From: the human T2T-CHM13v2.0 reference genome, Homo sapiens
Assembly: GCF_009914755.1 (NCBI RefSeq)
Contig: NC_060933.1
Length of the DNA stretch: 64,000 nt
Direction: 5' to 3' (one strand)
In this document: positions 14,647 to 30,509 of the stretch, piece after piece
How positions within the stretch are numbered: position 1 is the stretch's first letter
How the letters are laid out: each line of letters begins with the position of its first letter
The notes under the pieces: generated by a model
Database searches by the model: none
The model's input: the letters and a program-made list of their open reading frames with translations, nothing else
Told to the model about the DNA's origin: nothing
Translations under genes and position numbers: made by a program

Positions 14647-16502
14647 GAGAATTTTAAAAAATAATCAGAACATTACTGACATGTGGGACAATTTCAAGGA
14701 GCCTAATGTACATGTAATTGGAATCCCTGAAAAAGAGAAAAGGAGGAGGAGGAAGTAACCAAATTACTTAAAACCAATGATAAAGAGAAAAAAGCAGCCA
14801 GATAAAAAAGACATATTATATACAGAGGAACAAAGATAGGGTTGACAACAGATTTCTCATTAGAAACAATGAAAATTAAAAGGCAAGGGGCAATTTCTTT
14901 AAATTATTGAAAGAAAAATACTTTCACTATCCTCTGTGAAAACAGCTTTAAAAAATGAAGATCAAATAAAGACTTTTCAGGCATTCAAAAATGAAGGAAT
15001 TTATCATCAGCAGATTCACACTTAGAAAAATGTTAAAGGAAGTCCTTCAGCCAGAAGGAAAATGATACCACATGGAAATATGGATCTAAACAAAGGAATG
15101 AAGATTACTGGAAATGATAGCTACATGGGTAAATATGTAAGTTTTTAAAATTTTAAATTTTCTTTCAAAGATCACTGACTTTTTAAATGAAAACCATAAC
15201 AAGATAAAATGGAATAGTAAAAATATTAAATTGATACAGAAAAAAAGAAAAAAAACTCTCATTAGAAACTGTGCAAACCAGGAGACAATAGAATAACATC
15301 TTTAAAAAGCTGAAGGAAAAACTGTCAACATAGAATTTTATATTCAGAGGAAATAAAAATAAAGGTGAAATAAAGACCTTTCAGATGAACCAAAGCTGAG
15401 AGAATTCATCACTAAAAGACCTACACAACAATATATATTAAAAGAAGCTCTTCAGGCAGAAGCAAAATTATACCATACAGAAACAAGGATCTCACAAAGG
15501 AATGCAAAGTACTTGAAATGGCATATAAAATTTGTTTTTCTCATAACAATATATTGCAAGGTTTATATTTTATATATGGAGGAAAAAATGCATACAGCAA
15601 TAGCAAAAAGGATAAGTGGATGAATGAAAGGGTAGTGTTGTAAAGTTCCAACAATATTTGCGGAGTGGTATAGTATTTGAAGGTAGACTGTGATAAGTTA
15701 AAGATAGATATTGCAAATCTTAGAGCAAGACTAAAATATAAAACAAAGAGATAGAGTGGATAATCCTAATGTGGAAATAAGTGGAACTGTAAAAAAAAAA
15801 ATTAAATGGAAAAGAAGAGGAAAAAAGGAACAAAGAACCAATGGAACAAATGAAAAACAAATGGCAAGATATGGTAGCTGTAAACCCAGCTATCTTGATA
15901 ATTATATCTACCCATGAAAAGAGAGATACTGTCGGACTGGATTTTTTAAAAAAGCAAGGACCAACTATGTGCTATTCACATCTGGCTTTAAATATAAAGA
16001 CTGAGAAATGTTAAAAGTAAAGTGATGGGAGAAAGATATACTATGCAAGCATTAATCATAAGAAACCTGAAGTAGCTGTTAATATCACACAAGGTAGAAT
16101 TCCACAGAAGGAATTTTAACAGGAAGAAGGAAATTTCATAGTGATAAAAACATCAATTCATAAAGAAGACATGAAGATCATGTGTATACACTTAAAAACA
16201 GAGCATAAAAGCACATGAAGCAAAAGATGATAAAACTTAAAGGAAAAATTGCAAATCCACAATTGGAGATTTCAGTACTTCTCCCTTGGTAATTTATAGA
16301 ACAAGTAGACTGAAAATCAGTAGGGATAAGGACTCAACGCTGTCAAACTGACTTAACCTAATTGACCTGTATGTAGCACTCCAACCAAGTGCAGAATACA
16401 AATTCTTTCCAAATGCCATGGAATATTCACCAAACTAGACCAGTATGGTGGGTCATAAAACAAATCTCAATTAATTTAATTAAAAGGGTTAAAATCATAT
16501 AG

Positions 16503-16882
<380 letters not shown>

Positions 16883-17146
16883 AAATTAAATTATAAATTA
16901 ATTACAGATAGCTAACTAGAATATACCCAATACTTGGAAGTTAGCATATTACTAATAACCAAAGGACCAAGAATAAATCACAAAGGAAGTTATAAAATGT
17001 CTTGAACTGAATGAAAATTAAATCACCACTTACCAGAATTTGTGAGTTGTAGCTAAAATAATGTCTAGAGAAAAAATTTTTAGCTTTAAATGCTTATCAA
17101 AGAAGGTCTAAAATCAATGAATGTGAAACAAAAAGAAATAAAAAAT

Positions 17147-17353
17147 ATGCTCAAGTGATTCTCCCACCTCAGCCTCCTGAGTAGCTGAGACTACAGGCGT
17201 GCAACACCATGCCTGGCTAATTTTTAAATTTTTTTAGACACAAGGTCTCATTATGTTACCCAGGCTGATTTCAAACTCCTGGACTCAAGTGATCCACCTG
17301 CCTTGGCCTCGCAAAGTGCTGGGATTACAGGAGTGAGCCACCGTGCCCAGCCC
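17147..17353 (-). mobile_element. Partial Alu (AluJ-like)
   Basis: Left arm and part of the right arm, antisense. Confidence 0.85.
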
Positions 17354-17799
17354 AGTTTTTATTTTATTCTTTCCCACTTGGTGTCATCAGCCCCATGACC
17401 AGTCTTTGACTTCTCTTTGGTCATTTTTACATCAAGGAAGCCAATTTTATCATCCATAGTGAGTCTTGACATGGTGAATCAATTCAGAATGGTTACTAAA
17501 GGAAAATGGTTTCTTGCGATGTCTTTATAATTGATTGAAACCTTAGTAACCTGGGGGAATAATCACTAACTAAAACTGAGTCAGAGAAAACTAAGGAGGC
17601 AAACAACACGGGCCAGAATGAACTGTTTCTTGTGTGCAAACAATATAAGTGTTGTGACTTGACATTTCTCGAGGAATTGCTTTGGCTGTGATTTTACTTT
17701 GAGACTTGTAATGTTCTGTGGAAATTAAGAAAAACGTTCTGTATCTTAAGTCAGCTTGGTTCGCCTGGCACTAGGTTAATTCGTTGGTTTAACCCATTG

Positions 17800-18105
17800 T
17801 TTTTTTTGTTTTTGTTTTTGTCTTTTGAGACGGTCTTACTCTGTCACCCAGGCAGGAGTGCAGTGGTGTGATCTTGGCTTACTGCAACCTCTACCTCCGG
17901 GGTTCAAGTGATCCACCCTCCTCAGCCTTCTGAGAGTAGCTGGGACTACAGATGTACACCACCATGCCTGGCTAATTTTTGTAATTTTTGGAGAGATGAG
18001 GTTTCACCATGTTGCCCGGGCTGGTCTCAAACTCAACTCAAGCAATCCGCCCACCTTAGTCTCCCAAAGTCCTGGGATTACAGGCATGAGCCACTGTGCC
18101 CCGCC
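17800..18105 (-). mobile_element. Alu
   Basis: Alu consensus with a (TTTTTG)n tail. Confidence 0.9.
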
Positions 18106-18529
18106 TAACCCATGGTTACATAGTGCCAATCATGTATTTCGGGACTTCTGGTATGTGTTAAAGACCCAGTCATAAATGAAATGTAGTTCTTGTCTTCAGG
18201 GAGCTTTCAGTCCACTTCAAGAGGTAGACATAAACTAGGTAAGAGAATGTACAACATGGAAAGGACCATAATAAAAATTTAAATTAAGTGCAATGGGATC
18301 CCATATGAAAGAATAACTTTGCTTAGGTGACGTAGAAAGTAAAATTTGAGCTAATTCTGGAAGAATGAATAGAGATTTTCCAAATAGAGAAGGTTAGTAG
18401 AAAAAAGCATTCTTGGCAGAGGAAGTAGCATGAAAAGGTCTTATGGTTTCTAGTTATGGCAAGAAGTTCGATGAAGCTGGAAAATAGAGTACAAAGGGAA
18501 CCAAAAGGTCAGGTTACAGAAATAGGGTG

Positions 18530-19310
<781 letters not shown>

Positions 19311-20711
19311 CTGTCAGAAGCAGATTGTGAAGACTTGCACACAAAGTAAACAGTTTGGAATTTATCTCAAGGGCACAGGAAACTATCAAAGTTTGGCTTT
19401 TTGGTTTTTGTTGAAAGCACTAACATAAAAAATAAGATTTTCTACTCAGCACCCCTTATTCAGGAACCGTTCCTCTCTTGTAATCCACATGGTTATTGCA
19501 GAAACCATCACATTAGGAGAATGGATAGAATGGACTACCTTTTGGCAAGTTGTTTGAATTAGGGCCAATCAGAATCCTTCTTTTTGGTGTTTTTCTCCTG
19601 AAAATGAGAGTTGGTCTCTTGCTAAGCCTGAAGCTTTAAGATGTAAATTTGGGGGAGTGCTAGGTGGCTGTGCTTGCAGCTATGTGAAAAAAGCACTCCG
19701 CACAAAGAAGCAGAGGCGAAAGATGAGAATCCTGATGGCCTTGGAGTCCGCTCGTTCTGATATCCCTCTCTGCCTCAGCTTCAAGTTTGGTTTGTCTCTT
19801 GGAACCAAAGGAGTCTCGACTACTATAAAGAGAGCTTACCACCTGCAAGTAGGGAGTTGCAAGTGACAACATAAAAATCCAAAAAAAAAAAAAAAAAATC
19901 CAAAGCCAGCTTTGTTTTAGTGCAATGGTTACTGGCAAGTTATTTTAACTGGTTATCACTGGTATATAAGAAAGCTGTTTTTCTTATAGTTTGCATACAA
20001 CTAACCTACGCTGATAGCTTTTCAGCTGAATCTCTTGGGGTTTCCTAGACCAACAACCAGGTTATCAGAAAGCAATTATATTTTGTCTTTTTCCTTTCCC
20101 ATATACATGCATATGGATGTGTGTGTATATATAAATTCTTTTTCTTGTCTTATCTGGTTGGTGAGAACCTCCAGAACAGTATTATATAATAACAGTGATA
20201 TTCAGTAAGCTCTTCCTGTTCCTGACTTTATAAGAAAGATTTGAATATTTTCATTTGGGTACAGTTTTTCTAGCTCTTGCCTGTAAATTACACTTCATTG
20301 TAGTAAGAGGATCTTTTTCTTCCTATCTAAATTTGAATTTGAATTTTTAAAAATTTGTAATGGATGTCACATTTTTTCAAATACTTTTCAAGTATGTATA
20401 AGTTCATATTTTTGCTTTAATGTGTGAATGTCAATTATATTAAAATATTTATGAAGATGGAGTCATTTTGTGTTCACTTCAGGAATCAAACACTTCCCAT
20501 GATGCCCACAGGATAGGTTCGATGCCTCTCTGTGTCTTCCCATAATGCGTTGACTGTATTGTCATTAATCCATTCATCCAACAAAAACTTATGGCACTCC
20601 TCTATAAAACAAAAAAAGAGATTGAATCATTTTTACGTTCTACAATAATCCCCCCTTGTTTTGATGCAGCATCGCTGTACTGCAATCCTAAATTTAACTT
20701 GATAATACAGG

Positions 20712-21610
20712 CATAACCAAACACAGGTGCCGCTGCTCACCACTTGCAAAGCCAGTAACAAAGGTGAGATGCAGTGAAAGGAAAGTGACTTTCTTCCAGA
20801 GCTAGCAGTGGGTAAATAGCCAAGGCTAGTGCCTTAAAGAAACCATTTTCAACTTTGGCTGGAGAGAGGGGCTTAAAAAGGGAACTTGGAATGGGAGGCA
20901 TGCGGGAGTGTTGCTGGGCACAAGGTCTCTGTGTCTTGTTTCAGTGGCTATCTTGAGTCGTGGTCCACCTGGAGCATGGTGGCCTCATCTCAGTAATAGC
21001 TGGGTTGTTGACAAACGGCCTTGAGGTAATCTCTGGAATTTTGAAACTGGATCTCCAGGCCTGGTTTCTCTCCACATTAGCCCTGGAACTTCTAAGAAAG
21101 CACACAGTTAGATAAGTGTGCCTGGTGTAAGTTGAATAAGTACATAATTAAATAAATGTGCATGGTGTAAGGGAGTGTCTGGTGGGAAAGGAGGGAAACA
21201 AAGGGTTTTAAGGTACATTTCAAGGCTACATTCTGAGGCTAAGAAGAAAAGAAAAACAAAACTTTACAATGCATTTTAGCTGGGTCCAGTGGCTCAAGCC
21301 TACAATCCCAGCACTTTGGGAGGCCTAGGCGGGCGGATCGCTTGAGGTCAAGAGTTTGAGACCAACCTGGCCAACATGGTGAAACCCCGTTTCTACTAAA
21401 AAATACAAAAATTAGCCGGGTGTGGTGGCACACACCTGTAGTCTCAGCTACTCGGGAGGCTGAGGCAGGAGAATCACTTGAACCCAGGAGTTGAGGCTGC
21501 AGTGAGCTGAGATCATGCCTCTGCACTCCAGCCTGAGCAACAGAGTGAGACTCTGTCTCAAAAAAAAAAAAAAAAAAAAAAGCATTTCGAGGCTGGGATA
21601 CCTGGTTACA
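20712..21610. mobile_element. ERV1-class solo LTR with an inserted Alu
   Basis: Termini (c)ataacc...ggttaca flanked by a 4-bp direct repeat cagg (20708-11 and 21611-14); LTR-like interior. Confidence 0.65.
21278..21581 (+). mobile_element. Alu (AluS-like)
   Basis: Alu consensus with poly-A tail. Confidence 0.92.
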
Positions 21611-22287
21611 CAGGCAGTCGTTGTTTTGAGAGGTACCATATGAACTGGAATCTGTGTGTCTCAGAGCCATGCCCTCGCTGTGGGTGGTACTAATGTGCAT
21701 ACATTCTATTTAACCTAATAACATGCAAAATGAAAATTGCTTGTATTTTACTTCGGGGAGTTTATATTTATATACTTTGGGTTTTAATGTAATATTGGTC
21801 AGATTTGGGCTAGAAAAAAATGAAGAGCCTTTCTGTCTTTTTCTATGCTCTGAAACTATTTAAATGAAAAAGAAAAGCTGAACTGATTCCATAAAGGCAT
21901 CCCTTTAGGAACAAATACATCTTTGACAATCATTTCACACTCTTTGGGGCTATTGAGATCCTTTACCTTTTATTGAACCCATTTTAGTAATTATATTTTG
22001 CTAGACAATTGTTCAGGTTATCTAGATTTTCATATTAATATGTATAAAGTATGTGATGTTCTTTCATATTCTTTACTCTCTTCATTTTCTATATAGTCTT
22101 TCTTATTCCTAATATGATTTAGGTGTATACACACTTCCTTTCCTCCTTTCTCACTCTCTTTATAAAAAAGTCAGACCTGCTAGAAGTTTGTCAACTTTAT
22201 AGGTCTTTTCAAAGATTACATTTTTATCTATCCCAATTTATTTCTTTTCTAGTCCATTAATTTTTTATTTTTATTGATTCACTCTCC

Positions 22288-22577
22288 CTTTTTTTTTTGA
22301 GATAGAGTCTTGCTCTGTTGCCCAGGCTGGAGTGCAGTGGCATGATCTCAGCTCACTCCAATCTCTGCCTCAAGCGATTCTCCTGCCTCAGCCTCCCAAG
22401 TAGCTGGGACTGGACTACAGATGCACACCACTATGCCCGGCTAATTTTTGTATTTTTTTAGTAGAGAAGGGGTTTCGCCATGTTGGCCAGGCTGGTCTTA
22501 AACTGACCTCAAGTGATCCTCCTGCCTCAGCCTCCCAAAGTGCTGAGATTACAGGCATGAGCCACCATGCCCAACCC
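22288..22577 (-). mobile_element. Alu
   Basis: Antisense Alu with small indels. Confidence 0.9.
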
Positions 22578-23044
22578 CACTCTACGATTTTGAGTTTAGT
22601 TTACTTTTTCTAGCTTTTTGAGTTGAATAATCCGTTTGCTTATTCTCAATAAAGTTTTCTAACAATGTCATTCAAAACTATGATGTATATTTATTATGTA
22701 TATTTAGCAATATCTCATACATTTTGATATATAATGTTTTCAGTTCGGTTAATTTTTAATCTATAGTTCAGCTTTTATTTTTGCCTTAATTAAGGGCTAT
22801 TAGAAGAATGAATGTTACCTGTCCAGTGTCTACTTGATAAAAAAAAAATTTTATTGGGACTTTCTAATTGCCCTAGAATATGTATTCAGCTTGAATAGAC
22901 CATGAGCAAGGGCTGGTTTGCCCTTCATAGTTCCATCTTGAAAATAAAGCTTTCTTAATAACCAAGCTCTTCCTTCTCTTCCACCTCTCTCTAAATAAAG
23001 AGCTCATTCTGTCAAGACAGTCATTAACTTTTCCTTTTTCTTCC

Positions 23045-23354
<310 letters not shown>

Positions 23355-23862
23355 TAAACAAACAACTGATATTGAAAACCTGTGGCTCATTAAACCACAG
23401 CTATTTCAGGACCTATTCAGATAAATTCAATGGAAAAATCAAGGAGAATTAACTTGCTGTGCAAAATGGACATATCAGATGTCTTTCCCTACAGCACTAT
23501 GTCTAGTAACCAAATGTTCTGTGCAGATATCAAGGAAATCAATGATGAAGTTATTCAGAGTTTGTTTAATTCAGGAATTTTTCAGAGAGTTTGGTTGAAT
23601 TTTATTAAAGGAGAGGGAAGCAAATGATTTGCAAACAAAGAAAACCAAGGGCCTTCCAAGAGGAATAGTGAAAGTTACAAACAACCAATAATAATAAGTG
23701 TGTATATATAGATGTATTTGCAGACACACATGTATATATGTGTATGGGGGGGTGTTCACTACTATTTACACACCCTTTCACGGTCCTCTGCTTTAAGCAT
23801 TACAGCCTTGGAGAGGGTATTGATTATGAGTTCTGTTTTGCAGATTGAAATACTGAGGTTTA

Positions 23863-24378
<516 letters not shown>

Positions 24379-24446
24379 TTAGAAGGAAGGAGGGGTCTGG
24401 CTGTGTGAGTGTCAAGTGTGTAACCTCCGTGTTTGTCTCATTTGAG

Positions 24447-25253
24447 ATCCCTGCAGTGAAGTTGAACGAGCTGCTCGAGAACTTTTATGTCACCGTCAAG
24501 AAGAGCGACGGCTCGGACTTCCTGGCCACCTCGCTCCATGCTATTCGCCGAGGCCTGGACCGCATCCTGAAGAATGCAGGTGTCGGCTTTTCCATCACCA
24601 GCAGCACCTTCAGCTCCTCCACCAAGAAACTCAAGGAGAAGCTGTGGGTGCTGAGTAAGGCAGGCATGTCGGGCGCGCGTTCTCGCAACATCGTCTACTT
24701 CTCCCTTTCTGACGAGGAGGAGATGTGGCAGGCAGGGTGTCTGGGGGATGACAGCCCTATCACTCTCCTGTCCACTGTGGTCAAGTACAACAGCCAGTAC
24801 CTGAACATGCGGACGCTGCAGGAGCATGCGGATCTGATGTATGGTGACATCGAGCTGCTCAAAGACCCCCAAAACCAGCCCTACTTTGCCCGGACGGACA
24901 GCGTCAAGCGGGAGAGTCGGAGCGGCTCCACCAGAGTGTGTCACGGGAAGATCTACCATGAGCATTCCCGGGGACACAAACAGTGCCCTTACTGCCTCCT
25001 CTACAAGTACATGTACATCCACCGGCCGCCCACCCAAATGGAGGCCAAGTCCCCCTTCTACCTGACTGCCAGGAAGGAGGCCACAGACATGGGCAGCGTG
25101 TGGTATGAGGAGCAGAGGATGGGGCTGCGCTCTCTTCGGGGAATTGTCCCAAACTTAGCCAAGAAGGTCAAGCTGGAAAACTGTGAGAACTTCACCTTTG
25201 TCTCGTTCACTCAGGTCTCCCGGAGGCTTGGCTCCCACAGCTGCTGCCAGTGA
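24447..25253 (+). CDS. KIAA1958: KIAA1958 last coding exon, DUF3504 (Crypton tyrosine-recombinase-like) domain
   Basis: 807 nt open frame IPAVKLNELLENFY...RRLGSHSCCQ*. Motifs W..GCLGDDSPITLLSTV, LNMRTLQEHADLMYGDI, CPY.LLYKY, PFYL and VWY resemble DUF3504 of ZMYM2/3/4, QRICH1 and KCTD1. CpG/GC-rich coding-like composition. Acceptor ctcatttgag|ATC. Confidence 0.93.
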   Translation: MPAVKLNELLENFYVTVKKSDGSDFLATSLHAIRRGLDRILKNAGVGFSITSSTFSSSTKKLKEKLWVLSKAGMSGARSRNIVYFSLSDEEEMWQAGCLGDDSPITLLSTVVKYNSQYLNMRTLQEHADLMYGDIELLKDPQNQPYFARTDSVKRESRSGSTRVCHGKIYHEHSRGHKQCPYCLLYKYMYIHRPPTQMEAKSPFYLTARKEATDMGSVWYEEQRMGLRSLRGIVPNLAKKVKLENCENFTFVSFTQVSRRLGSHSCCQ

Positions 25254-27583
25254 GCCCCCACTGGGGCCCGGCCACTGCCCTGTCACCTGCTCGGGCCAGC
25301 CAGGGTTGGAGCAGCTGGAGCTCCTTGGAGGCAGGGGCTGACCAGGTGTGACCTCCCGGTCTGGCGGCTCTCCCCTGGTGTGGCCTGCCCTCCCTTTGAC
25401 TTGGGGTTTGCTTTTTAAAATGAAACTAGATGAGTCTAAATCATTCGGATGGTTTATCCAAATGTGCGTCAACTTCGTTAGCTTTTAGAATCTAACACAA
25501 TGTATAATTGTTACATACAAGAGTGAGGAAATTCATTTTCTCTAGTGCCTTTCTAGCACAGGTTTTCTCAAAACAAACAAACAAAAAAGGAAACTGTTAA
25601 GTAGTCGTTTAAAAAAAAAATCCCAGTAGCGCAGTAGCTTTAGAACGTTAGGAAGACTGTACACTTTGTTGAATTACACTCACAATTAGAAACTAGAGAG
25701 AGGCAGACACGTTCCCTATTTCCAGGAGACAGATTGCGCTTGATGCGCCTTTTTTTTTTGTTGGTGGATAAGGTGGTTCTGGAGGGCAGGCAGCCTTGTG
25801 TCGGGGAGTATCCTCAAGCGACACTTGGTCATCTGACAAGGACTTGGGCTGCTCCCACGGCTCCCAGCAGCGGTAGGAACCCCATCTCGGCTGTCAATGG
25901 AGAGAATTTTATGATAAAAGATTCACGCACCAGAAGGGTGTCTGTGAGAACAAGGCTTCTAGTGAGCTAGACAGTTTGTACCATGAGGGAATTTCTAGTA
26001 GTGAAGGAAAATGGCTTGGAAAAGCCAATCTGTGATCAAAATGTGAAAACCTCCTGAAGCAGAAGTGCCTATGTTTTATTTCTCAGCACCATGTGAGAGC
26101 TCCTTTGATTGGAACATTTTTTGAGGTTTCTGTCTGTTCTTCGTGTCATCCCATTATTCGGTCAGCATATACCACTGGATCTATAAAACAACTAAAGGTA
26201 ATTTTTAGTCTTAGCCAAGAAAAGCTAACCAAACAAGCTGCAAAAAACACAGATCCCCAAACTTTCTTTATTAAAGAGATTTGGAATATTTTTGTCAATG
26301 TATGACTTTTCAGCCACAATTACATGTCATCATTTTAGGATGGCACCAATACTTGGGACACGATGATTTAGGCACCCCACCAGGTAAGCAAACTCAGCAT
26401 TAAGGATGTAGTTATAAAATTAGCGCATAATGGTAGGTAATGCAGTTTGAAACCATTTCACTCAGGTAAAATGCAACCTGACCACATTATTTAAAAATCA
26501 GCAGAATTTTCTAATAACTACTCTGAGTGCAACAACAAGTGAAAAAGGAGCTCAAAGAGTGCTCATTAAGAGTAACAATAATTTCTAGGGACCTTGACTT
26601 TGCATTTGAGGAAAATCTTGTGTAACTTTATTCCATTATGCTCCTAATATGCTTTCTAATCCCAAATTAAAACTCTAATACAAATTCATTTTGTAGAAGT
26701 CTTAAAATCAGTCCTCTTTCTTTTTGAAAACATTATTTTAGTATTTATTTTAATTAATTGGTTTCTTAAAAAATCATACACTAGTCATTGACATATGTAA
26801 TACTTCCTTTACCAGAGAAGACTCAACCAATGCTGCCTTAAGATTTAATGTTATTCCCTTTTTAGTCACTGTGCATTTATAAGTTTGTTTACTAGTTGAC
26901 CTTTCCTGAATAGAGATTAGTTTCGGCATTTCTCCATCTGTATATAAATAACAGGTAATATTTAATCATCAGTGTATGACTTGATATCACATAACGTTCT
27001 GGTGTGGTTTCCTGTAGTGATCTTAGGGTTTTGATTTAAAAGAAATACACAAAACATTAGGTACAATTTCCTTTAGTTTGCTAAACACCCAAAGGATATT
27101 TTGTTTTGTTGGTTCTGCACTTAAACTGAAATACAACCTATGTGAACTATTGGGCAAAGCCTGCAGCCTAATTAATTAAAACCTCCATTTTTATTTGAAT
27201 AGATTCAAGTAGAAATTGCCGTTAGGAATCACTGGGATCTTTTCGGATTTTGACCTTTTCAAAGGTAGCAATAACTACTCCAGAGGTTGTAATCTTTCTG
27301 TTGGTAGTGGCTTTTCATCAGCTAAATAATCATCTCTGCCTCAAATGTGTTGCCTGTCACCTAGTTGATGTTCCATAAAATCCCTGGGTTCTGAAGTGAA
27401 TTATTATAATTAATAATCAGGAGGGCGAATCTTCAGTGGCATCTGATGGAATGAAAGAACTGTGTCTGAGCAGCCTAAAAGCTGTTTGTGACATGCCACC
27501 TTGGGAAACAAGAGTGAGGAAGAAAACACAGTCATCAAGTGCCAGCGTGTGCCACCCATTGTACTAGGTACTTTATTATGCAT

Positions 27584-28051
<468 letters not shown>

Positions 28052-30466
28052 TTAAGGGGGCCAGAGTAGCAGTCCTCGTTGGCGTTCTAAGGCAGTTGTT
28101 CTGGCTTCCAGTCAGCTCTAAACCTTACCTTCTGGGGACTCCAGGATTTTCTGCTCTTGGCCTAATGCAAGAGAAAGGAGAATCCCCAGAGAAAGAAGTG
28201 GGGAGGTAAAGAGCGTTTTCTCCACTTACCTTTGGGTTTTTTATGCTCCCAAGTAGAAATAAATATCAAGAATTCACAGGTTGACTGAAGCACAAGTTGC
28301 CCCTGGGCTCTGTGTCAAGGCTGGTGGTACTGTAGGTGTTATGAGAGGACCCATAGGGTGTCCTTCAGGTGAGCTGTTGTCCACAGCACCTTTCATATCT
28401 GCTGTAAAGGGAGCCCTACTTTCTGTCTATCCCCCCCACCGCCGGCCCCCGGAATCTAAGCAGACTCCCTGTTGGAAGCTTACTCTGGCACAGAAGCTAG
28501 GATGTCACCTTAAAGGGTGTGATTCAATTGAATATAGTTTAGTGCGGTACCAGGCACATCATAAGCATGCAATAAATGTTAGCCAGCTTAGTTATAACTT
28601 TTGGTAATAATTAATATTATTTAACTAATTTGCATTATACCACTTATTTCTTCCATTATGGAGATTCTGTCTCCCTTAAACTGTTAAACTTGAAGAAGAA
28701 ACCAAACATGATAATCTGGTCAAGTTAACACATTTTCGCCCATGAATTCTACCTCCAACACAGCCAAGCTCTGATACCTCAGATATAAGCAAAAACAAGT
28801 GAAGGAAGAACAGAAAAGCCTTATGGGGCTTTATGAGAAGGTTTTTCCATTGTTTAGTGTGTTTGCAAAAAGGAATTTTATGGAAGTACCTAACCAAAGC
28901 TGTGACAGAAGGGTCTCCTTGGTCATGTGGCATTTTCCAGCTTTCCTTGGATTTTATGCTACATTAATTTGCCCTGGCTGATAAATGGTGTTTGAAGAAA
29001 TGTGAAATTTTGTTACTTTGATTTTTATTTTAATTCAAGCTTATTAAAAGCATCAAGCATTATATGCCACACTCAGCATTTTCATAGACATAGTCATTAG
29101 GAGAATCTGGACAAAGTAATACTCTTGTAGAAACGGAAGCATCTTGCTGTACTTGAAAGATAACTGGACTCAGAGCTACTTCACTCCTCACTTGGGCAAA
29201 TGCCGATATCACTTTGCTTAGCTATAAAGTGCCATCAGTGGGATGGATCGTCTTCACGGTGAACCGTGTTACACTTCTGCAATTCCTCAAGTTCATATTA
29301 ATTAGGAAGTGGCAGAGCTAGGACACAAAATTCCTAATTCCTGAAGATAGTTAGTCTCCTAATTAAGTGCTTCTCACTATATTGGGATGCCTTCTTTAGG
29401 AATAAGACTTTCCTTTAATTTTCAAGTTCCACAACTTCTAAAATTATTTTGCTATCTCGAAGCAGCAGAATATTGATCATTTTTCTCAGTTTAGGCTAAC
29501 ACAGTCCACACCATTACCACTTAAATAAAGTAACCGAATGCTAAATATTATCCTTATCAAACATCCATCACTTTGTTGCTTTTATGAGATGTAGATTGCT
29601 AAAAACTTTTGAGCTAGTAGACGTTACCTTTAAGCATCAATGAATGCAAACAGTGAAGACCTCAAAGAAGAGTTACCTCATTTTCTCTACATGATCTCCA
29701 ATGTAGTCTCAGATAAGGCCCATACATAGTTAAAAGCTGGTAACAGCTCTGAACAGAAGTATGTATTAAATGTTTCAAACTTGTATATATTTTTGAATGC
29801 TTTTGTTTTTGGAGTGAATTTTTAATACTCTGTGTTAAAAGAAAAACATTCCATCTTGTAGGCAGTGTTCCTCAGTAAAAATCTTTGTTGCATTTTCCCA
29901 TATAAATGAATCACCCTTATTAAAACAGGAGGAGGGAGGGATTTGTGGTGACCTACCGCTGCCCTCCCTTTCTAAGAGAAGAGGAGGCCATGGGGTATGA
30001 TAACTAAATGAACATCTCTGGAAGTTCCTCCGTCTGATATGTGTATTCTGACATAACAGAATTTCCCAAGACTTCTTTGAGGAAGGCTGTCCACGCTTCA
30101 GGCAAAGTTTACCCATTATTATTATGATTTTGAATATTCCTTGTTCATTACAGTCCAGAAAATCTGCAGAAGTTCTCCATGTTCAGTGGTTGACCAGAAT
30201 CTGATTGTTGCGCTCAATTAAAGTGCTTTATTATTTAGCTAAAACAACTTATATGGAAGTTAATTATTTCAGGAAATAATAAGACCAAAAAAATCACTGG
30301 ATAATATGTAGATATATTTTAGTTCCATTACTATTAATAGCAATTAGATAACTCTCCCTCCCCCCATTGAGGTGAGAATGGGCTCCTAGATACTTGGTGG
30401 TCAATAGAACTGATTTGATTAACTTTCATTTAACTGTGGTTATTGTTACATCTACTGATTTTTTCA

Positions 30467-30472
30467 AATAAA
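30467..30472 (+). terminator. Candidate proximal poly(A) signal of KIAA1958
   Basis: AATAAA in a U-rich context in unique sequence just upstream of a MIR. Confidence 0.45.
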
Positions 30473-30509
30473 AATTTCTAGAAGGCTCAGATTTGACTAA
30501 GACTGTGTT

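Larger units (their letters stand above)
19940..22860 (-). mobile_element. Old L1 (L1ME-like) antisense fragments flanking an LTR
   Basis: T-rich L1 ORF2-like antisense tracts at about 19940-20480 and 21780-22860. Confidence 0.55.

Noticed and set aside
24438-25037. 199-aa antisense ORF overlapping the KIAA1958 last exon
   Set aside because: Shadow ORF expected opposite GC-rich coding sequence; no recognisable homology or splice context.
25239-25253. C-terminal SCCQ as a prenylation signal
   Set aside because: Cys is not at -4, so it is not CaaX. Di-cysteine Rab-type prenylation needs a Rab fold.
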